A stretch of DNA of 64,000 nt from Promethearchaeota archaeon (GCA_019058245.1 JAHPZJ010000010.1:64001-128000), one strand, 5' to 3'; counted from the first letter of the stretch, positions 10,811-21,012 are shown. Program-made: numbers and translations. The notes: a model not told the origin generated them from the letters alone.

Positions 10811-11458
10811 ATGGAATATAAAGACTTTTCTGAAGAAATAAATAATAAGATTGAACTTATTAAAAATAAAGTTCTCTCTGGTGAAATCTCTCTTTTAGAT
10901 ATAGAATTAGCATCGATATTTGAGAATTTAAAAGATTCTCTCACGATTTATAATATCAATAGATATTCAAATACTTATGAAAATGCATTTCAACTACTAA
11001 GTCAAAAATTTGAAGAATTGAAAATCTTCCTGAGTTATTTGGATAATCAAGATAAGTTTTTAAAGTTCTTAAAATCAAATCCAAAAGATCTCGAAATTTA
11101 TCAAGTTTTTGAGGATTGTTGGAGGGAACCTTTTATTATTGATACTCTTTCTTTACAGTTCCTAGAATATTCTAAAGAACGATTAATAAATAATAAATTA
11201 GAATCCTTAAAGATAGAGCCTATTGAAAAAATTAAGTTCAAAGACACTTTTTTATTAGAAATACCAGAAAAAAAATTTACTGACAAGATGATGGCTTTTT
11301 TTAATAATATTAAAAACAAATTACCTTGTTTATATGAACTAATTTTTGAAAAAGAGCTTGATCAAATGAAGATTTTTGAAAATTTTGTATATCTCTTACA
11401 TTTACTTCAATTAGGAAAAATAAAATATGAAAAAAACACTAATACTCTATATTTGTAG
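10811..11458 (+). CDS. putative kleisin (ScpA/Nse4-like)
   Basis: Directly after smc; C-terminal FVYLLHLLQLGKI matches the kleisin winged-helix cap pattern. Confidence 0.7.
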   Translation: MEYKDFSEEINNKIELIKNKVLSGEISLLDIELASIFENLKDSLTIYNINRYSNTYENAFQLLSQKFEELKIFLSYLDNQDKFLKFLKSNPKDLEIYQVFEDCWREPFIIDTLSLQFLEYSKERLINNKLESLKIEPIEKIKFKDTFLLEIPEKKFTDKMMAFFNNIKNKLPCLYELIFEKELDQMKIFENFVYLLHLLQLGKIKYEKNTNTLYL

Positions 11459-11475
11459 GAAGAAGTGAAAAAAAA

Positions 11476-11991
11476 ATGAATGAAATAACAGTTTTGATGC
11501 ATTTATTAAGTAAAAGAGCAAGTATTTACCAAATTGGAGCTACTAAAGAAGTTATTCTTAAAAATTTAAATATTAAAGATAAGAATAAAGCGATTTACTT
11601 TCAAAATTTAATTAAAAATCTTTCAAATTATCTTGAACCTTTAGGACTTCAAGTCAGATTTAATCCTTTGAATTCTTGTTGGTACATTTCCTTTGATCCA
11701 GAAACAACTGAAATTATTTCAGCAAATCCCTTTGAAGGAAACCCTAGATTAGCTGCTACACTGTATTGTACCATGATATGTTGCTTTAATAGCGCGGGAG
11801 AAACTACTATTCAAAAAATAAAGGAATTACGTAAAAAGAAGGGTGTTTTAGAAGATATTAAAGAATTAGAAAAAAAGGGATTTGTTATAATTGAAAAAGA
11901 TTTGAATAAAATTAGCTTAACTCCTTTAATTGGATATTTACTCAATTTAGAGAAATTATTTTTGAAAATTGCTTTAAAATTAAAAAATTGA
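11476..11991 (+). CDS. putative KITE subunit (ScpB/Nse1-like tandem winged helix)
   Basis: Last gene of the smc operon; LSNYLEPLGLQVRF..WY and IKELEKKGFV...LTP winged-helix patterns. Confidence 0.65.
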   Translation: MNEITVLMHLLSKRASIYQIGATKEVILKNLNIKDKNKAIYFQNLIKNLSNYLEPLGLQVRFNPLNSCWYISFDPETTEIISANPFEGNPRLAATLYCTMICCFNSAGETTIQKIKELRKKKGVLEDIKELEKKGFVIIEKDLNKISLTPLIGYLLNLEKLFLKIALKLKN

Positions 11992-12033
11992 AATATGATA
12001 GTATTAAATATCTTAAAATAAGAGAAAAAGAAA

Positions 12034-12669
12034 TTAATTCTTAGTAGTAATTTCTAGAATCATTTCTGCAACCTGGTTATTATAAGTTTCCACATCTTCA
12101 AATCCTTCTATTGTCTCACCACATGTTATAAATGTATCATTGATGACTATTTTTCGAGCTTCAAAAAATTCATTTATTTTCTTTTTCACTTCTGTAAGTT
12201 TTTTCTCTTTATCTCCCTCAACCAAGTCGATTTTGTTTATACAGACATAAATTTTATCTGGGAAAAATCTAACATCATTAAAAAATTCAAATTGAGGCTT
12301 AAGGTCTCTATCAAGAGAAAAAACAGCTATGATTTGAGTTGCGATACGAGAAATCGTAATTATTCCCATTTTCACTACTGCACGTGCTCTATCTCCTCCT
12401 GGTGCAAAAATGGTATGTGCTTTATTTGTTGCATCCTCCCTAAATACAATTCTATTTGGATGGATTGTTTTTGTTTCTTTCTCATTTAGAGCATCTTCTT
12501 TTTCTCCTCCTGGAACCGTCGCTTCTCCAGAAAAATCTGCTTTAACAACAGAGCATTTAGTTCCGCCTTTAACCTTTTCAATGTCTCCTTTTTTTAAATA
12601 TCTTACAAATAATCGAAGAATACTAGTTTTACCTACACTAACGTCACCTAAAAGTCCGATGTTTACCAT
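12034..12669 (-). CDS. small GTPase (Ras superfamily / MglA-like)
   Basis: GDVSVGKTS P-loop, KTI switch I, IFAPGG variant G3, INKID G4. Confidence 0.8.
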   Translation of the reverse strand: MVNIGLLGDVSVGKTSILRLFVRYLKKGDIEKVKGGTKCSVVKADFSGEATVPGGEKEDALNEKETKTIHPNRIVFREDATNKAHTIFAPGGDRARAVVKMGIITISRIATQIIAVFSLDRDLKPQFEFFNDVRFFPDKIYVCINKIDLVEGDKEKKLTEVKKKINEFFEARKIVINDTFITCGETIEGFEDVETYNNQVAEMILEITTKN

Positions 12670-12672
12670 TTT

Positions 12673-13485
12673 TTATGCTTCACCCTCTAATAATTTATTT
12701 AATAGTAATTCGTAATCAGGAATCAAGAATTGTTCGAGTAAAGCGTTATTATGCGCATTTATAAGTGCTATTAAGATTTCTTTAACATTTTTTGCCTTTT
12801 GAGAATATTTTATTAAATTTTCTGCCGTAGGATCTTCATTAAATTCTCTTGCATGTTCCTCAAATCCAAATTTACTAAGTTCAGGAAGTGCATTAAAAAA
12901 ACCAAAAGCAGAGTATCCCTGATATTGGTAAAAAACAAAAAATCTTGTTTTAATATTCTTAATAATCTGAGATAAATATGCAGAGGGGTAAATTTCTCCT
13001 AATGTAAGTTCATCATCCTGTTTAATTATAAAATAAGGAGAAATTGGAGATACTTGTGATCCATACATTTCTTTTGGAGGCAATGAAATGAATGGTAATT
13101 TTTCTGAGACTATCGTCCAGAGGTCTTCTCTTTTTTTTTCTAATAAAATATCCTTAATTTCATCATACGCAAAATAAAAATCTGTTTGAAGTGCTAATAA
13201 TGAACTTAAATATACGGATAATGAAGCAAAAGTGGCCTCTAATACAGGCCTTCTCCCACCATTAGCTTCTGATGGCTTAACAGCCCCTTTCCATGCTCTC
13301 AATCCAGAATAAGCGAAAGATTTTACGTCAAAAAAAGCACCTGAAATGAATAAAAACGAGGGGGCTTCACCTTTCTCACCAGTCAAAAATTCTAAAGATT
13401 TTTCAATTAATACACTCTCTAACTTTTCATCATGAAACTTCGAGTGGATTATAGGCATTTGTAGCCAAGTCTTTTTCTTTGCCAA
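12673..13485 (-). CDS. hypothetical protein, operonic with small GTPase
   Basis: 270-aa ORF ending 3 nt before the GTPase start; GGAGTG upstream of TTG. Confidence 0.75.
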   Translation of the reverse strand: MAKKKTWLQMPIIHSKFHDEKLESVLIEKSLEFLTGEKGEAPSFLFISGAFFDVKSFAYSGLRAWKGAVKPSEANGGRRPVLEATFASLSVYLSSLLALQTDFYFAYDEIKDILLEKKREDLWTIVSEKLPFISLPPKEMYGSQVSPISPYFIIKQDDELTLGEIYPSAYLSQIIKNIKTRFFVFYQYQGYSAFGFFNALPELSKFGFEEHAREFNEDPTAENLIKYSQKAKNVKEILIALINAHNNALLEQFLIPDYELLLNKLLEGEA

Positions 13486-13656
13486 AATTAAAACACTCCT
13501 TATGATTATGTCGATAACAATTATAAGAATTGGTGTATAATTAATTTTTCTTATTTTAATAAAACAATATATTATCTCAATATAATTTTATGCTTATTAA
13601 TTTAAATTAATCGAAATTAATTCTTCTCGATAATTTTTTAATTTAATTTACAAAAT

Positions 13657-14286
13657 CTAAGTAGTAGAAGTGATTTCTTTAACAAAAAGTTCTCTCATTT
13701 TAGAGGTAATAATATCATACTCATTTATCGTTCTTAATTTATTAATAATAATTTGCTCGATAAATTCGGTATTTTTATAGAGCTCACATTTTAAAGTTAG
13801 CTCTGGATTATTTTCTTTAATCTTAATAAGACCTTCTTTTAAAAAAATATGTATAAAATCTTCAGAAGTTTCTTTTATCGCTCTTTTAATAGGATCAATT
13901 ATTTTTATCTTTACTCTATTGAGATCATAGCAATTTAAGATACATAATAATTCATCATCTTTTCCATTTCTTTTAGAAAAAATCTTTCTTTTTATATTTG
14001 TTCCTTCAACTTTCTTTTTAGGAATTTCTTCTACAAAATATTGGTCTTCATCAGAAATATTTGTTTTTTCGAGAATTTCTTTTGAGTATAGCTCATCTGC
14101 TCTTTGAAATGATTTTCCAGAGATTAGAGACCCTAAGAAATTTATAACTTCTCTTAATTCATTTATTTCCAATTCTAATTCTGTAAGTTGCTCTTTTTTT
14201 TTATAATAGATCTCTTGTAATTTACTAAGCATCTGTGATAATTTCTCAATTTCATTTTCACTGTCTTTAGTAACCATTGATTTCAT
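13657..14286 (-). CDS. hypothetical protein with N-terminal coiled coil
   Basis: 209-aa ORF, heptad-like N-terminus. Confidence 0.7.
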   Translation of the reverse strand: MKSMVTKDSENEIEKLSQMLSKLQEIYYKKKEQLTELELEINELREVINFLGSLISGKSFQRADELYSKEILEKTNISDEDQYFVEEIPKKKVEGTNIKRKIFSKRNGKDDELLCILNCYDLNRVKIKIIDPIKRAIKETSEDFIHIFLKEGLIKIKENNPELTLKCELYKNTEFIEQIIINKLRTINEYDIITSKMRELFVKEITSTT

Positions 14287-14367
14287 ATATGTTTTATAAG
14301 AACTTAAATTTATTTAAAAATTAGTGCTATAGAATAATTAAGTAATTTATTTTTATGTGAAATTAAA

Positions 14368-15240
14368 ATGGAAGTAATGATAATAAGTCCTAATTCAAAG
14401 GATCCTGAAGTTCAAATTCTTTCTAATGAATTTAAAAATCGTGGATATGAAGTTCGCTTTTTTATTCCATCAACAATTAAAGTCGGGATTGGATTCCAAC
14501 CTAAATTTTCCGAACAGTTTGATCTTCTTGAGCCAAGAGCGGGATTAGTAAGAGGCTTTGGTGCTGCAGCTACTCAGAAAATATTTTCTAGACTTGATAT
14601 TTTAAGGGCTATTGAAGAATATGATGTTAAATTAATTAATTCCAGAGAATCATTAGAGATTGCAAGTGATAAATTTTTAAGTTCTATATTTTTGGAAAAA
14701 TATCAAATTCCAACACCAAAAACAATGATTTGTGAAGATTCCCATCAAGCTTTAAAAGCTTTTGATGAATTAGGGGGAGATTGTGTTTTAAAACCCCTAT
14801 ATGGCTCAAAAGGGATTGGTATAACTAGGTTGAATGATAGAGCTTTTGCCGAGAACGTGTTATATTCTCTAGATCAATTAAACCATGTTTTTTATTTACA
14901 AGAATTTATTGAGCATCAAAATCGAGACATTAGGATCTTAGTATTAGGAGATAAGGTTATTGCTGGTATGTATCGAGTAAGTGATAGTTGGAAGTCAAAT
15001 ATTTATGCGGGTGCTAAAGCAGAACCTATTGAATTAACTAATGAATTAAAAAACCTTGCTATCAAAGCAGCAAAAGTAACAAAAACAAAAATAGCAGGTG
15101 TAGATATACTAGAAAGTGAAAAAGGTTTTTCTGTAATTGAAGTAAATTCAATTCCCGGTTTTACAGCTTTACAAAAAGTATCAGATATAAATATTGCTGA
15201 AGAGATAATAAATTTCTTTCTTAATGATGCTAAATCTTGA
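14368..15240 (+). CDS. RimK-family ATP-grasp alpha-L-glutamate ligase (MptN/CofF-like)
   Basis: DKF, IPTPKT, VLKPLYGSKGIG, YLQEFI, DIRILV, AGVDILE, EVNSIPG. Confidence 0.9.
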   Translation: MEVMIISPNSKDPEVQILSNEFKNRGYEVRFFIPSTIKVGIGFQPKFSEQFDLLEPRAGLVRGFGAAATQKIFSRLDILRAIEEYDVKLINSRESLEIASDKFLSSIFLEKYQIPTPKTMICEDSHQALKAFDELGGDCVLKPLYGSKGIGITRLNDRAFAENVLYSLDQLNHVFYLQEFIEHQNRDIRILVLGDKVIAGMYRVSDSWKSNIYAGAKAEPIELTNELKNLAIKAAKVTKTKIAGVDILESEKGFSVIEVNSIPGFTALQKVSDINIAEEIINFFLNDAKS

Positions 15241-15285
15241 TGTTTTTAATTTAAAAATAAAAAAAAGATATTTTAATGTAGATGT

Positions 15286-15630
15286 TTATAGCTCTTCTAT
15301 TAATGCAACTAAAAACGCAATAACCAATAGGACACATGCCCAAATTCCTGCTCCAAATACTATAAGCAAAATTGCTAAAATGAGAAATGTAAGCCAATGA
15401 AAGGGGATTGGATCATTTGGTCTAAATCCTGTTATAAAGGTTATTATTACAATAACTAAACCAATAATGAAAATAAGGACTCTTTCTAAAGCTACTAAAG
15501 GCGCAACAAATCCATAATCTCGATACCCTGGAAATCCTGCTAGATATAAAATTAGGAATACTAATCCTATGAATGCGCCGAGTATTACCAATATTTGTAT
15601 TAAATTTTCATTTTTGTACTTCCTTGTCAT
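15286..15630 (-). CDS. small membrane protein
   Basis: 3-4 hydrophobic segments. Confidence 0.7.
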   Translation of the reverse strand: MTRKYKNENLIQILVILGAFIGLVFLILYLAGFPGYRDYGFVAPLVALERVLIFIIGLVIVIITFITGFRPNDPIPFHWLTFLILAILLIVFGAGIWACVLLVIAFLVALIEEL

Positions 15631-15774
15631 ATTCTATCATCTTTTTTTTAATGAATATTTTTTATTAAGATTCTAAATAATAAAAGCATTTAATATTTTC
15701 TTTTCTGAAATATTGAAAAGTATTATAAATGGGATTATAAATCTTTATTTAACATTTAAGCCAATTTAATAATT

Positions 15775-16719
15775 ATGAGCTTAAAGTACAATCAAACAAA
15801 AAATAAAATTATTGCCCATACATATTCTATTGTTGCCAGAGACCCTAAAACAGGCGAAATGGGTGTTGGAGTACAGAGTCACTGGTTTTCGGTGGGGAGT
15901 GTTGTCTCTTGGGGAGAGGCAGGAATTGGAGTTGTCGCAACACAATCACTTACGAATAAGTCTTTTGGATTACGAGGGCTTGATCTTCTAAAAGAAGGAA
16001 AATCTCCTCAAGAAGCTATAGATATACTACTCTCAGATGATGAAGGGAGAGATGTAAGGCAAGTTTCTATTCTGGATACTAAAGGAAGGGTAGCTACCCA
16101 TACAGGATCAAAGTGTATTAAGCATGCTGGTCACAAATTAGGAAATAATTTTTCTGTTCAAGCAAATTTAATGCTTTCTGACAAGGTATGGCCAGTTATG
16201 GCTGAAGTATATGAAAAAAGTGAGAATCTATCATTACCAGAGCGAATTGTTAAAAGTCTAGAAGCGGCAGAATCAGTTGGAGGAGATATAAGAGGAAAGC
16301 AGTCTGCCGCTTTATTGATTGTTGCTGGTGAATCAACAGAAAATAAATGGGAAGACCTTCTTATCGATCTTAGAGTAGAGGATCATATAGAACCATTAAA
16401 AGAGTTAAACAGATTACTAAAAGTTTATCGCGCATATGAGCATATGAACAATGGGGATCTTGCTATAGAAAAAGGTGATATAGATATTGCATTTAAAGAA
16501 TATGAAACTGCTCAGAAAATGCTCCCAGAAATCCTAGAAATAAAATTTTGGGTAGCTGTCTCTTTAGCTAATCAGAAAAGGATGAATAAGGCGACTGAGT
16601 TGTTTAAAGAAGTTTTCAAGAAAGATAAAAATTGGCGTATTCTTACAGAAAGACTCCCGCATTCAGAATTATTAAATCTAAGTGATGATGATCTAAAAAA
16701 AATTTTATCATTAAAATAG
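15775..16719 (+). CDS. DUF1028-family Ntn-hydrolase-like protein with TPR-like tail
   Basis: HTYSIVARD, GVVATQ, GGDIRGKQSAAL, DLRVEDH..PLKEL.RL. Confidence 0.88.
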   Translation: MSLKYNQTKNKIIAHTYSIVARDPKTGEMGVGVQSHWFSVGSVVSWGEAGIGVVATQSLTNKSFGLRGLDLLKEGKSPQEAIDILLSDDEGRDVRQVSILDTKGRVATHTGSKCIKHAGHKLGNNFSVQANLMLSDKVWPVMAEVYEKSENLSLPERIVKSLEAAESVGGDIRGKQSAALLIVAGESTENKWEDLLIDLRVEDHIEPLKELNRLLKVYRAYEHMNNGDLAIEKGDIDIAFKEYETAQKMLPEILEIKFWVAVSLANQKRMNKATELFKEVFKKDKNWRILTERLPHSELLNLSDDDLKKILSLK

Positions 16720-16802
16720 CATTACTGAGGGTTAATCCTTAATTCATTGATATTATCACGATATTTTTTAGTTTTAAATAATATCGTTATTGAAAGAAAA
16801 AT

Positions 16803-16967
16803 GTGATTGAAGAAAAAATTGCACGTTATAAAAATGGAATTATTACTGCAAAAGAGCTATCTAAAGGAAGATATGCTGATCGAACTTACTATGATAATTT
16901 AATTTCTAAATTTGAAAGGATATTAAGGTTCTACGAAGATTTAAAAACTTGGAAAGAATTCACATAA
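16803..16967 (+). CDS. small hypothetical protein (54 aa, not in ORF track)
   Basis: GTG start, MIEEKIARYKNGIITAKELSKGRYADRTYYDNLISKFERILRFYEDLKTWKEFT*. Confidence 0.5.
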   Translation: MIEEKIARYKNGIITAKELSKGRYADRTYYDNLISKFERILRFYEDLKTWKEFT

Positions 16968-17092
16968 GTTTAAGTATATAATTATTTCTCAAATCCTTAA
17001 TATTAATCGAATCTATATTATATATAGAATGTAATGTTCATACATCTCTTAGAGTTAAGTTTTCTATTTTTACATTGATTTATTTACTCATA

Positions 17093-17701
17093 TTAAAATA
17101 AATGTAGTCCAAATTCTTTTTTTAAAATTTGATAAATTTTGTGCATAGGTAAACCTAATACATTTGAAGTAGAACCAATTATCTTACTTATAAACAAGTT
17201 TGCTTTATCCATTATTGAATAGGCTCCAGCTCTTCCCTTCCATTCATTAGTTTTGATATATTGCCATATTTCTTCATCAGTGAGTTCAAGGAATTCGACA
17301 ATTGTGGTATCAGTATCAAAGATAATTTTAGAAGTTTGAATATCAGTAATTGCGATTCCTGTAATTAGTTTATGAGATTTTCCTACTAATCTTTTAAGAA
17401 TACTAAATGCTTGTTCCTCATTATGAGCTTTTCCAATAATTTCTCCATTAAGTAATACAATAGTATCTGCAGCAATAATAATTCCGTCTATTTTCTTTTT
17501 TATTAATTCATTTTTTGCATATAACATTTTTGCTTTAGCGAGTTCTTTCACAAGTTCAATTGCATTTGGAAATTTTGTTTTGTATTTCTCTTCTTTAATA
17601 TTAGTGACAAATATTTCAAATGGAATTAGCGCGCGTTTGAGGATTTCACTTCGATCACTTGATTTTGAAGCGAGGATAATTCTTTTCAAAATTATTATCA
17701 C
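17093..17701 (-). CDS. maf: Maf-family nucleotide pyrophosphatase
   Basis: IILASKS..R, AADTIV, GKA, GRAGAY, NVLGLP. Confidence 0.92.
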   Translation of the reverse strand: MIIILKRIILASKSSDRSEILKRALIPFEIFVTNIKEEKYKTKFPNAIELVKELAKAKMLYAKNELIKKKIDGIIIAADTIVLLNGEIIGKAHNEEQAFSILKRLVGKSHKLITGIAITDIQTSKIIFDTDTTIVEFLELTDEEIWQYIKTNEWKGRAGAYSIMDKANLFISKIIGSTSNVLGLPMHKIYQILKKEFGLHLF

Positions 17702-17865
17702 ATTCTTGAAATTTGATATTTGTCTTAGAAAAAGTTCATTATTTTAGTAAATTTTTGTATTTAGTATTATTTAAAATAAACAATTTCATTTGTCTTAGAA
17801 ATAAATTTATTTGACTAATTTTTATACCCAAATATCAACTAATTATTAATTAAATCAATCTAATT

Positions 17866-18969
17866 ATGGAATACTTTTGGATTTGTTATTTATTAATTTT
17901 ATTTTCTTTTTTTTTTATTCTTTTTAGTTATTTGCATTTTGCTTATAAACCAAACGTTCTAAATAACTTACTTGGATTTGGGGCTACCTTTTTTGTTTTT
18001 TTTAATATAGCTATGATGTTGGTATTAATGAATCAGGATCTCGCACTTCGTCCATTTTTTATACCTTTTTGGTTATTTATTTTTGGGATTCCCATACTAA
18101 CTGTAGGTATCTTAATTATTTTCAGTACTGGATTGTCTTTTTTAGCTAAAAACATATCTAATAAAGATTTATCTAAATATAAACAAAAAATAATTAGAAA
18201 AAACGCCAACTTAAGTAAATATAAAAAAGACATCCTTCGAAAGTCTAATCATGTTTTAATTTTTATTTGTTTTCTAATTGCTTGGTATATTGGTTTAGTA
18301 CTTGCCAACCATTTTACTGGAAGCTCAAAAGGAATGATCCCTGAAGAAAATAATATGCTTTTATTATATTTCAAAATTGTAAGTACCCCAAATTCAATTG
18401 CAAATGTTCTTTTTTCACTAGGATGGTTTTATTATCTATTATTTGTTATATTTTATATTTTAAATCTATTTATGCTTGCTAATGAGTTTACAAGAAAATC
18501 TCGTTTTATTTCTTTCCCTTTTAATTTTTTTTCTAAAGTTTATCTTTCAAATGAGGAACAAGAGAATTATGGGACTTATCTTTATTTTACGATTGGTCAG
18601 ATGTTTGCTTCCTTTATTTGTCCTCCAATGGTATTTCTTGCTATTTTAGGTATAAGTTCTATTGGTGATTTGATGACAAGTCAAATAGGTATAAGAATCG
18701 GAAAAAAACATATTTCTTGGAATCAAGATAAAACTTGGGAAGGCGCTCTAGCAGGAATAATTACAACTTTTATTATTAGTTTTTTTTTTATAGGTTTATT
18801 TTGGTCTATAATTTTTTGTATTATTTTTTTTGCGTTTGACATTTTAACAAACAAACCAATCAAAGTATCAGACAATCTCCTAATCCCAATTGGTCTAAGC
18901 ATATCATTTATATTCATCAGATTTTTTTGTAATTTTAATTCTTTTTCTATTATAGTTCAATGGCTTTAA
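17866..18969 (+). CDS. CTP-dependent isoprenoid/lipid kinase family membrane protein (dolichol/phytol kinase-like)
   Basis: LRK..H, GD...S.IG...GK, KTWEG and DNLLIP motifs; multi-TM. Confidence 0.78.
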   Translation: MEYFWICYLLILFSFFFILFSYLHFAYKPNVLNNLLGFGATFFVFFNIAMMLVLMNQDLALRPFFIPFWLFIFGIPILTVGILIIFSTGLSFLAKNISNKDLSKYKQKIIRKNANLSKYKKDILRKSNHVLIFICFLIAWYIGLVLANHFTGSSKGMIPEENNMLLLYFKIVSTPNSIANVLFSLGWFYYLLFVIFYILNLFMLANEFTRKSRFISFPFNFFSKVYLSNEEQENYGTYLYFTIGQMFASFICPPMVFLAILGISSIGDLMTSQIGIRIGKKHISWNQDKTWEGALAGIITTFIISFFFIGLFWSIIFCIIFFAFDILTNKPIKVSDNLLIPIGLSISFIFIRFFCNFNSFSIIVQWL

Positions 18970-19021
18970 ATCCTATAATCCTATTTTAAGGCAGTAAAAA
19001 TTTTTAAATCATTCAGCTTTA

Positions 19022-20065
19022 ATGGTTAACAGTATGTACTTTTTACCTACAAGCATAATTTTCATTGGATATTTTATTTTAACCTTAATTTATACCTTAA
19101 AAAATAGGAAGGAAAAGATCAAAAATCACTTATTTAGTAATGAACTAGTAATCGCTTCATTATTTTTATTAGCAGGAATTTTATATCCCTATATCTATAG
19201 CTTTCATTCACCAAATTTAAGTCAAAATTCATTAAATTATTTATGGTTATTTACATCCACCATTTTTCTAGTTGAAATGGGTGTTTGGTTTCTTACCTTA
19301 ATATATAATACTATTATTTCAAAAAGAAATCCTAAAATTATGGCTGAACGGGATTATAATAAATTTTGTGAAGACTTTAATAATAATTGGCAAGATAATT
19401 TAAAATCTGAAGTTGGTCGTAAATTATTACACTTATTTACATGTTTTGTGATTTTTTTTTTTTGGACATTAGGAACTATCCTTGATAATTTGGGTATTTT
19501 ATCTCAATGGGGATTAGATTATTATAGTTTTTCTTACTGGTTAATAGTCACTGTAGGATTTGGATTTGTCATAATGTTTCAAGTCGCTGACTTGACACGA
19601 TTAAATAAATTTTATATGCTCCCTAATTGGGCTAAGCGTTGGTATCGAGACATGAAACAAAGTGAACTAAATACATTTATAGCCTCTACTCCCTTAGTAT
19701 TATCTTTTATTCCATTTCTTTTTGCACCCTTTCCTATTTTCGCTTCAGTAGCATTAATCACAACAGGTGCAGATGCTGTAGCATGTTTAATCGGTAAAAA
19801 ATATGGAAAACACTATCTAAAAACAAATTCTAAAAAAACAATTGAGGGTTTTATTGCAGGAGGGTTTACTACTTTTATGATAGTAATTTTCATTTCTATA
19901 ATATATAATCCTTGGTTACAAGTAGGTTTTGAAAAAATAATTTTTATGAGCTTGATTGCTACTTCTTTATTTTTATTAGTTGATGCATTTGCCAAAAATA
20001 TATCTGATAATATTTTAAATCCATTATTAACCGGATTTGGAATGTGGATAATATTTTTGATTTAA
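19022..20065 (+). CDS. CTP-dependent isoprenoid/lipid kinase family membrane protein (second paralogue)
   Basis: GRKLLH, ADAVACLIGKKYGK, KKTIEG, DNILNP. Confidence 0.8.
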   Translation: MVNSMYFLPTSIIFIGYFILTLIYTLKNRKEKIKNHLFSNELVIASLFLLAGILYPYIYSFHSPNLSQNSLNYLWLFTSTIFLVEMGVWFLTLIYNTIISKRNPKIMAERDYNKFCEDFNNNWQDNLKSEVGRKLLHLFTCFVIFFFWTLGTILDNLGILSQWGLDYYSFSYWLIVTVGFGFVIMFQVADLTRLNKFYMLPNWAKRWYRDMKQSELNTFIASTPLVLSFIPFLFAPFPIFASVALITTGADAVACLIGKKYGKHYLKTNSKKTIEGFIAGGFTTFMIVIFISIIYNPWLQVGFEKIIFMSLIATSLFLLVDAFAKNISDNILNPLLTGFGMWIIFLI

Positions 20066-20108
20066 AATTATTAAATATTAAAAAATACCAATAAGAAGTT
20101 AATAATTT

Positions 20109-20399
20109 TTATCCTCCAAAATAAATATAAATGAAAACAACTTGATCTTCATCCTTTAGTAATGTTTCCAAGAATTTATCGTGACGATAGCTCCTCCCAT
20201 TGATAATAATTGAAAGAAGTTTGTTAAAAACACCCCTTTCTCCTTTTTCCCAGATTAAGTCAATAAATTTATTACCATATTTTTGTCCAAAGTAATCAAT
20301 TAATTCATTTAAAGTCAATTCTTTATCAAATTCAAGAACTTCGAACACATTTTTAGTAATTTCATTAAAAGGCGGAGAAAATTCGAGATTTAACTTCAT
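20109..20399 (-). CDS. MoaD/ThiS/SAMP ubiquitin-like protein
   Basis: IIINGR...LKDED pattern and C-terminal GG. Confidence 0.85.
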   Translation of the reverse strand: MKLNLEFSPPFNEITKNVFEVLEFDKELTLNELIDYFGQKYGNKFIDLIWEKGERGVFNKLLSIIINGRSYRHDKFLETLLKDEDQVVFIYIYFGG

Positions 20400-20519
20400 T
20401 TTTAATGATAATGCTTTCTTTTTATATTTTCTATAAATTAAATATTAACAACTGATTAAAAAGTTGATTATAATAAAAAATAAAAAATTTAGAGAAGAAT
20501 TTTTATATTCAATTTTGAA

Positions 20520-20720
20520 TTAATCATCTTCTTTTGCTTCTTTCATCCCTTTCTTTATCCCTTTCTTCAAGCTTCCAGATTTAACAGCTTTTTTCGCACC
20601 TTTACCAGCTGCTTCTGAACCTGTTACTCCTTCTACTAATTTTCCTAAACCTTTTGCGAAACCTTTCTTTATTTTCTTTCCCATTTTACTTTTCTTCTTT
20701 TTTTCTTCGTCGTCACCCAT
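20520..20720 (-). CDS. small Lys/Gly-rich protein
   Basis: 66-aa ORF with GAGGT upstream of ATG; coding-like composition in AT-rich surroundings. Confidence 0.7.
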   Translation of the reverse strand: MGDDEEKKKKSKMGKKIKKGFAKGLGKLVEGVTGSEAAGKGAKKAVKSGSLKKGIKKGMKEAKEDD

Positions 20721-21012
20721 TATATTTCAACCTCTTGTCTATTTATAAGTTTATACGTCTTTTTTTTTTTCTTTAAAATCAATTCAGTTATAAAAAAAGT
20801 AAATTCATATATTAAGATAATGTCAATTCTGATATAATAAATGTTTTGAAAATCTAAAATAATGTACCTTTAAAAGAAACGATTTAAATGAATTAATAAT
20901 TCAATGAACTCAATAATTTTTTTATTAAAATTTTAACAAATATATTCTAATATTGTAAATAGTAAATATCCCTATCAATAAATAACAAATTAATAGTTTT
21001 GTACAGTTCAAA

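Noticed and set aside
6057-11991. Wadjet/MksBEFG defence system
   Set aside because: Gene order and sizes do not fit and there is no Toprim nuclease (JetD-like) gene; the SMC has a conventional hinge.
20109-20399. Eukaryote-like ubiquitin system
   Set aside because: Sequence is MoaD/SAMP-like and no E1/E2/E3 genes are nearby.
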